This document shows, in pieces, positions 37,989 through 45,220 of a stretch of DNA of 45,220 nt. The notes beneath the pieces were generated by a model. That model worked only from the letters and a program-made list of their open reading frames with translations. It was not told the origin of the DNA and did not search any database. Made by a program: the position numbers and the translations under genes. The first letter of the stretch is position 1; the number at the start of each line of letters is the position of its first letter. Source of the DNA: Octopus bimaculoides (lineage: Eukaryota); the NCBI RefSeq assembly GCF_001194135.2, contig NC_068981.1:121802588-121847807 (forward strand), written 5' to 3'.

Positions 37989-39034
37989 CACAGACATGCA
38001 GGAAGTAAATAGATACCTTTCATTTTCAAAATCTTTTATTTAATGTGCACAGCGAACAATTGAAATGTAATCGATTTAACTGACATTCCCTTTGCAGTTT
38101 TTAATTCAGAAACTGTTTTTGGCATTGAACCGACGAGCTTTGTGATTGTCTGCCCACTTTTCACGCAACAATCGAAACAAATCAGTTTTTCGTATAGCTC
38201 TATCTAGTATGTACCAAAGATTTTCAATTGGGTCCATATAAGGATATTGGCTCGGCTGAGGAAGCTTTTTGATCCCATTTTCAGTTAGCCATTGTTGATT
38301 CCTTTTCACTGTGTGTCATGGAGCCCCATTTTCAATGATTAGAAACTCATTTTTCGTTATGTTATCCTGTGAATACATCGGAAGTAGTCCTTGCTTAAGT
38401 ATTTCAATGTGTTTTTCAGAGTTTATGATTCCAACACATTCGATCAGCACAGTACGACCATTGCTGGTGACAGTTCCCCATACCATTACAGAGATACTCC
38501 CATGTTTCACAGTTGGCTGGTGTCGTTTCAAATCAAATTCTTGATTGGGTAGCCTCCAGAGCCAAACATGTCTACTGTCTGAAAATAATGCAAATTCATC
38601 TCAGGAAATCATTATCCCACAATGAACTGCATTTTTCTGACACTTCGCTAGCCCATTTCTTTCTTTTCATGATATTAATTGGTTGAAGGAGAGGTTTTCT
38701 TCTAGCTGCTCGTCCATAATACCCAAGGTTATGCGGATATGTAACACACGTTCTTGGAGTAACTTCTAGCTGTTTTGCAATGCCAGAAAATTTCCGGCAG
38801 TTTTTCGCTGGCTAAGACCAGCCTAAGACTGCCCAACAATACGACCTCTTTGAAAATCTGACAGTTCTGCTGAATTTTTTGTACGTGGCATAGTTACTCT
38901 TCGCAAATATAATTGCACCTAGAAGGAGAAAGAATAGTTACATTGTAAATTCTACACCGATGAAAACATATTAAGACCCGTAAATCAGAAATTTTGAAAA
39001 TTAAAGGTGTCTATTTACTTCCTTCATGCCTGTG
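37989..39034 (-). mobile_element. Tc1 transposon with both TIRs and TA TSD; transposase decayed and internally deleted (1046 bp)
   Basis: TA|CACAGACATGCAGGAAGTAAATAGATACCTTTCATTTTCAAAA (37989-38031) mirrors TTTTGAAAATTAAAGGTGTCTATTTACTTCCTTCATGCCTGTG|TA (38992-39034). Minus strand: ATG at 38891 MPRTKNSAELSDFQRGRIVG.., GYYGRAARRKPLL, PTVKHGSISVMVWG, ENGAP, PSQYPYMDPIENLW. Confidence 0.92.
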
Positions 39035-39048
39035 TATATACATATATC

Positions 39049-39050
<2 letters not shown>

Positions 39051-39112
<62 letters not shown>
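39051..39112. repeat. (TATC)n microsatellite
   Basis: Direct reading up to a gap. Confidence 0.95.
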
Positions 39113-42100
39113 NNNNNNNNNNNNNNNNNNNNNNNNNNNNNNNNNNNNNNNNNNNNNNNNNNNNNNNNNNNNNNNNNNNNNNNNNNNNNNNNNNNNNNNN
39201 NNNNNNNNNNNNNNNNNNNNNNNNNNNNNNNNNNNNNNNNNNNNNNNNNNNNNNNNNNNNNNNNNNNNNNNNNNNNNNNNNNNNNNNNNNNNNNNNNNNN
39301 NNNNNNNNNNNNNNNNNNNNNNNNNNNNNNNNNNNNNNNNNNNNNNNNNNNNNNNNNNNNNNNNNNNNNNNNNNNNNNNNNNNNNNNNNNNNNNNNNNNN
39401 NNNNNNNNNNNNNNNNNNNNNNNTATATATATATATATGCACGCGTTTGTGTGTATTATGTTTTTCACAAGAATAGTGCTAACAGTTTCTTCGAAGTTTC
39501 GGCGGAAAATTCAAAGTCATTGTTGTGAACGCTATCTTTCTTAAAGAATAATAAATCTGTGCACTAGAAAGTGTGTAGTAATCCGCCACATTTATGTAAA
39601 ATTGATTTTATTATAACTGAACATAAAAACGAATATTAATATAATATATTACAATGAATATCGTGTGTTTGTAGCATTATTGTTTGTACATATGTACGTG
39701 CGTATACGTGTCTCACGACAATATGGAAGTAGGATCTTTTTTAAGGAGTTATTTTCACTAATAAGTGGGGTGTCTTGGATAAATGCATTCGTTTGTAACC
39801 CCTCAGCTCATCTTAACCCCATTAATCCAAACTGTCAATGTGAAACATTAAATGATGGAATTGCATTAAATGATTTTATTTTATTTTGAAATATAAATAT
39901 AAATTATGAGAGATTTAAAATCTGTCACTTGAGTCATGCAATATAGTACGCTACCACGTTTTATTTGTGAAAATTTTGCCATCATTAATCATGTTATTTG
40001 TTTCACAGATAAATAGAACGGCATTCTATTTTTAGCGTCAATATTATTTTCTCTCAGCAGCTGGATTATGGAATCTACCATAATGACTTGGAATAAATGA
40101 AGTCGAAAATTTTTTTGAAGGTGATCTCTTGCTGTTATTATTGTTACAATGATTGTTGTTTAGTGCTAGATTAGGAGATTACTTAAGAAAATGATGATTA
40201 AATGTATTCCCGCTGCGGTTATCATGTTATTGTTTAGGAAAGAGTGTAAACTATCTAAATATCATATAACATTTATTAGAAAGATAACATTCGTACAACT
40301 TACAGGTAGTAAGAGTAACATTGATATTTGTTAGTAAAATAGATACGATATTTTGCGTTCTTCCTTCTAGCTTGTCAAATTTAGTAAAATATACCAGCTT
40401 CGCTACTTCAAAAGAGAATGTATCGACAGTATTACAAATCAAATAAAATTTGATTATAGCTAATTGAAACTGTTGATCTCATATACTTTTACTAATTTTT
40501 GACCCTGAATAAATGTGTTGAACTACCAATTAGTTGTGGATGACACAAACCAACTATAAATCATATGAATGACTTGAAATTCGTTACTGGAAAATAAAAG
40601 TAAAATGAATTCAGCTAAGACGTCTAAGGAATTAGTTGAAGGTGTCAAAGTTACTATAAAAAGAAACAGATTATATAAAAAGGAGACTTGAAAGAAAATT
40701 GATGAAATACAACGCTCAGAAAGGAGAGAGAAAAATTAAGAAAGCGTATTACTATTTTTAAAGAATTAAGTCACCGATAGAAACAAGATAGTAAGTATAT
40801 ATATAATGTAAAATCCCAGTCATAGAAAACAACTTCAAAACAATAAACTTCCCTCCTTAATCAAGAGACTAGATAAGCTGCTTATAATACCATCATAAAT
40901 GATGGATAGCCTAATTTGCGAATTTGTACGGTTGCTGGTTTCTCTGTTATTAAACAATGTCTATTTATGCGCAATAATCCAAAGAACTGAAATATATTAT
41001 ACCTCAGGTTGGGTTAAATACAAATTAGAATACAATCACATTTTTGAACCCTTTTGCTGTGCAGAAAAAAAAAAACAAGTGAGTTTCCTCACGGACCATC
41101 ACATGGATTTTTGAGCGCCCCTTAAATAACATAAACCCGGAATGAACCCAGTTAACTGAAAGTCAGTTATTTAAAAAAGAAGGCTGGAATTAGACTAACC
41201 TCGTGTCTGATTGACTAAGTTGCACGCTTTTGAGAAAAAAATCAATGACGAACCGTCAAAATGATAAATACAAAAATTATACAATCCCTCATGGAGCTAT
41301 CCTAATTCAGGAGTAAATTATAAGCAGCTGATCTATGCCATTCATTGGGGGAAAGAAGAAGGGTCCATTTTCTCTGACGAATGATAAAAAAAAAAGAAAA
41401 CAAAATGAGGCAGTTCGTCTGTGAAATCTATATTTTGGACGTAATTAGTATAGAAAAATATATCTATGACGTTATTTTCATGTAAACAGTGAGGTTTTAT
41501 AATATTTAACTTTATTTTGATTTATATTTATATTTCCAAACAAAATAAAATCATTTAACTTTATTTTATTTGGTTTACAGTGTATTCTGAAAAGATGGAC
41601 ATGAATTCATAAAGAACGTGTCCAATTGAAGATCAAAAGACGGACATGAATTCATAAACACTGTCCAATTGAAGATGAATAGATGTATAAAATTATATGT
41701 ACATGCATAATAGGTACGACATGCAAAGCACGAAATATATATGCCTAATGTTAAATACTTGTACTAACAATTTTAAATTGTTATCGTAGTTGTTACGAAC
41801 CCAAGCCTCAAGTATATGAAAAATTAATAATATCATCCTCCGTTAAATATCCCACTAGATAGATAAATAATAAATGGCACTATAAAACTCTAAAACACAG
41901 ATAAACTCAAACGCACAGCATGTGTGTGTGTATTTGTATGTGTGTGTATTTGTATGTGTGTGTATGTATATGCATATATTTTTATCAATTGGATACATAT
42001 GTTCAAGAGACGCTAGTAAAGTCATTCACATGTATACGATTATTTTTTTATCAGAAATCGAAATTCGTCAGACGGTGTAAAACTTACCTAGAGCATTTCC

Positions 42101-42452
42101 ACTGTAAAATAAAATTTTCATAATTTGTTTGAACAATAGTGATAACCAGTTAATTTCCTCACTTGTCTTCACCCTTCTTGTTCAAAAGCCAACAAGTTTC
42201 TTCTTTTGCTGTTTCCCCAAACCTTATCCATCTGCCTTCCTCAGTCTTTGTGTCTCACAAATCTTTCAGCATTTCCGCTTACACTGAGCCGGAAAAATCT
42301 AAATCTCGATCTGAACGGGAAATAGCCAAACTTTCCATGCATTATTCCTCTATAATGTAAATGACTAGAAGAAATGTACACAAAGTGCTGACGTCTCAAG
42401 TTGCATTAAAAATTCCATCACCAACCCCTCGAAGAACCACAGCACTTAAAAC

Positions 42453-42622
42453 AATAATGTTTTCTACTCTGGGAACGAGACCCGAAATGTTGGTGTGTGG
42501 GGGCCAGTTGATTAGATCGATCCCAAAACGATGAAAGGCAAAGTCAACCTCTGCGAAATTTGAACCCAGAACTTAAAGACATACGAAATACCGTGCTAAA
42601 GTTTATGCCAGCTGACCGTCTT
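42453..42622 (-). mobile_element. tRNA-derived SINE (main family), internally deleted
   Basis: gatgaaaggcaaagtcaacctctgcgaaatttgaacccagaac...tgccagctgaccgtctt. Confidence 0.85.
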
Positions 42623-42623
42623 A

Positions 42624-42812
42624 AATCCTTTCTACTCTAGGCACAAGGCCCGAAATTTTGGGGGAGGGAGTCAGTCGATTAGATCGATCCCAGTACACAA
42701 CTAGTACTTAATTTATCGACGCCGAAAGAATGAAAGGCAAAGTCGACCTCGGCGGAATTTGAAGTCAGAACGCAGCCCGGCGTGCTAACATTTCTGCCAG
42801 CTCACCGCCTTA
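42624..42812 (-). mobile_element. tRNA-derived SINE (main family), in tandem with the previous copy
   Basis: tttctactctaggcacaaggcccgaaattttggg...tacttaatttatcgac...gtcgacctcggcggaatttgaa...ttctgccagctcaccgcctta. Confidence 0.9.
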
Positions 42813-42867
42813 TTTTTACGTCGACATTGTCGCGCCTCGTCCATATTTTCTTATTATTTTTAGAAAG

Positions 42868-42942
42868 TAAGGCGGTGAGGTGGCAGAAAGGTTAGCATGC
42901 CTGGCGAAATGCTTAGCAGTATTTCATCTGTCTTTGCGTTCT
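42868..42942 (+). mobile_element. SINE head (main family), head-to-head with the previous copy, cut by a gap
   Basis: taaggcggtgaggtggcagaaaggttagcatgcctggcgaaatgcttagcagtatttcatctgtc. Confidence 0.88.
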
Positions 42943-44589
42943 NNNNNNNNNNNNNNNNNNNNNNNNNNNNNNNNNNNNNNNNNNNNNNNNNNNNNNNNNN
43001 NNNNNNNNNNNNNNNNNNNNNNNNNNNNNNNNNNNNNNNNNNNNNNNNNNNNNNNNNNNNNNNNNNNNNNNNNNNNNNNNNNNNNNNNNNNNNNNNNNNN
43101 NNNNNNNNNNNNNNNNNNNNNNNNNNNNNNNNNNNNNNNNNNNNNNNNNNNNNNNNNNNNNNNNNNNNNNNNNNNNNNNNNNNNNNNNNNNNNNNNNNNN
43201 NNNNNNNNNNNNNNNNNNNNNNNNNNNNNNNNNNNNNNNNNNNNNNNNNNNNNNNNNNNNNNNNNNNNNNNNNNNNNNNNNNNNNNNNNNNNNNNNNNNN
43301 NNNNNNNNNNNNNNNNNNNNNNNNNNNNNNNNNNNNNNNNNNNNNNNNNNNNNNNNNNNNNNNNNNNNNNNNNNNNNNNNNNNNNNNNNNTAAATATACA
43401 GGGCTTAGCATTGAGTTGCTTCTCCAACATACTGAAAATTTAGAAATAGCAGTCAAAGAACTACTGATTCTAAACTACAAATTTTTCTCTAAACGGATGG
43501 CGATATTTATGGCACACATAGAACAAAAAACCGGAGGGAAAAGCATAAACAAAACAAGTCTTTAGTTAATCGTATACGATCGTTTCATGGTTAAGAGAAT
43601 GAAAATTTCTCTATTCCAAATCTTCAGTCCGATATTCTGATAAATTTTAAAGTGTCTCTAAAAAAATATTCTTGTATATATATATATATATATACATATA
43701 TAGATAGATAGATAGATATGCATACATACGCATATATGTAGGTATGTTTATCTGCATGTGTGTATTTATATGTACGCATGTCATTTCGCTTGAGAGCGTT
43801 GCTTGTAACATGTAGCCCTGTACACTCTGGTAGCCGGTAACTAAGCTGTTACATTTAATAGTACGAGTATGGATGGTGATTTTAGACCCTTTGCTGTATG
43901 AAAGAGATGACCTGATAGATGAGCTCACTATAGCTAATAGCTGTTGAATACTTTACATATGCGTATTAAATAAGTGTGCAGTATATTTTATGACATGTTC
44001 TCATTTATTCAAATAAAAGCTTACAATTATTACCGGGGGAAATAATTATCAACCAAAATTACAGGCTTCAGTTTTAATATACCTTTTTAACATTTAACGT
44101 AACAGAAGTTACATAGCCTATGATATTTCTGCATCTTTTAAGTTGAAGTGAAGACATATCAAGTGTTATAGATTAGTATAAGTCATTCTTATTGCCAGGC
44201 AGCTTTGGGCGTGTTGTAATAAAATTGTTTCACGCTAATTCTATTGTGATAATAATTATTCTATAAAATAATAAAAATAATAGCTCATTAGGAATACAAA
44301 GTAAATCTAAGTAGATCTTAACGTTATGTTACCTCACAGGATATGTTGGAGAACATGTATACTAAATTCCCAAACGGAATTCGGAATTGATTTATGCCTG
44401 TAAACACAGGATATATAAAATTAGTTAATCGTCACATAATGCAAATAAATTGATGGCAATTTTTTATGATTGTCCCATATCCAAACGATCTTCAATAGTT
44501 TAAATGCATTTTAATGAAATACTTAGATTGTGCTGTATTTTTCAATATATATTTGTTTCTAATTTTGCTACAAGGACAGACATTTTTGG

Positions 44590-44762
44590 CGAGAGGGTAA
44601 GTCGATTACATGGACTCCAGCGCTCAACTAGTACTTATTTTATCGAACCAGAAAAACTGAAAGGCAAAGTAGATCTCAGCCGGAATTTGAACTCAGATCA
44701 TACAAACCGGGGAAATGCCGCAAAGTATTTTGCTCGGTGTTCTAAGGATACTTCCATATCAC
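44590..44762 (-). mobile_element. Diverged tRNA-derived SINE (main family)
   Basis: ctagtacttattttatcgaaccagaaaaactgaaaggcaaagtagatctcagccggaatttgaactcaga. Confidence 0.8.
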
Positions 44763-45186
44763 CAACATATTTTGAAATTTATATTAACTACAAATATGCA
44801 TATTATATTTTACGGATATTTCGTTGTATTATGATTTATGACGGGACAGTAATATGATAGATTGAATATTTAACAGTATATGAACGCATCAACTTAAAGT
44901 TACATCTCTCTATGCGTGTGTTTTTATTCCAACGCATACAGTTGTTTATATGCATTACATTGCTGCTGGGATTATATCTGTAATTGATTATATATCAATA
45001 TATTTTGGGGGTGGTATATTGCTTATGCCTTTATGTAGTTTCTGTGGTAATTTGTGATGCATCTATCAATATGGGATACGCTTCTTTATTTTTTATCTTT
45101 TTTTATTGCCTTTTCTTCAAATGTTGAAACGAAAATCAGTGCTGGCTATATTTTCTATAGAATATCTGTAGAGATAACCTTAACAA

Positions 45187-45220
<34 letters not shown>

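Overview
AT-rich, microsatellite-dense animal genomic DNA with about ten N-gaps, most of them flanked by simple repeats. The SINE/LINE complement resembles octopus (coleoid cephalopod) DNA; this is inferred from repeat recognition, not from a search. I find no intact protein-coding gene. Most ORF-track entries are artefacts of (CA)n/(TA)n tracts or N-gaps; the few real coding signals are transposon relics. Recognisable relics are two R4/Dong LINE 3' ends, two RTE LINE fragments, two Tc1 elements (one with both TIRs and a TA target duplication), a maT/DD37D mariner fragment, a probable Academ transposase, and more than 12 tRNA-derived SINEs. The main unexplained signal is a set of small non-coding insertions carrying minimal hammerhead-ribozyme (HHR) motifs with palindromic helix III, from three unrelated sequence families. 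(i) 12356-13067 is a 712-bp insertion with a 12-bp target-site duplication (TSD), built from 350-bp tandem HHR-bearing units plus an inverted 5' arm (retrozyme/Penelope-like). (ii) 28114-28421 is a fold-back element with an HHR in each arm and a perfect 18-bp TSD; a sister copy lies at ~335-452. (iii) A degenerate third motif lies at 35179-35213. Other observations: a 423-bp inverted duplication of an RTE 3' end plus its flank, a pre-miRNA-shaped hairpin at 36110-36165, and weak exon-like segments.
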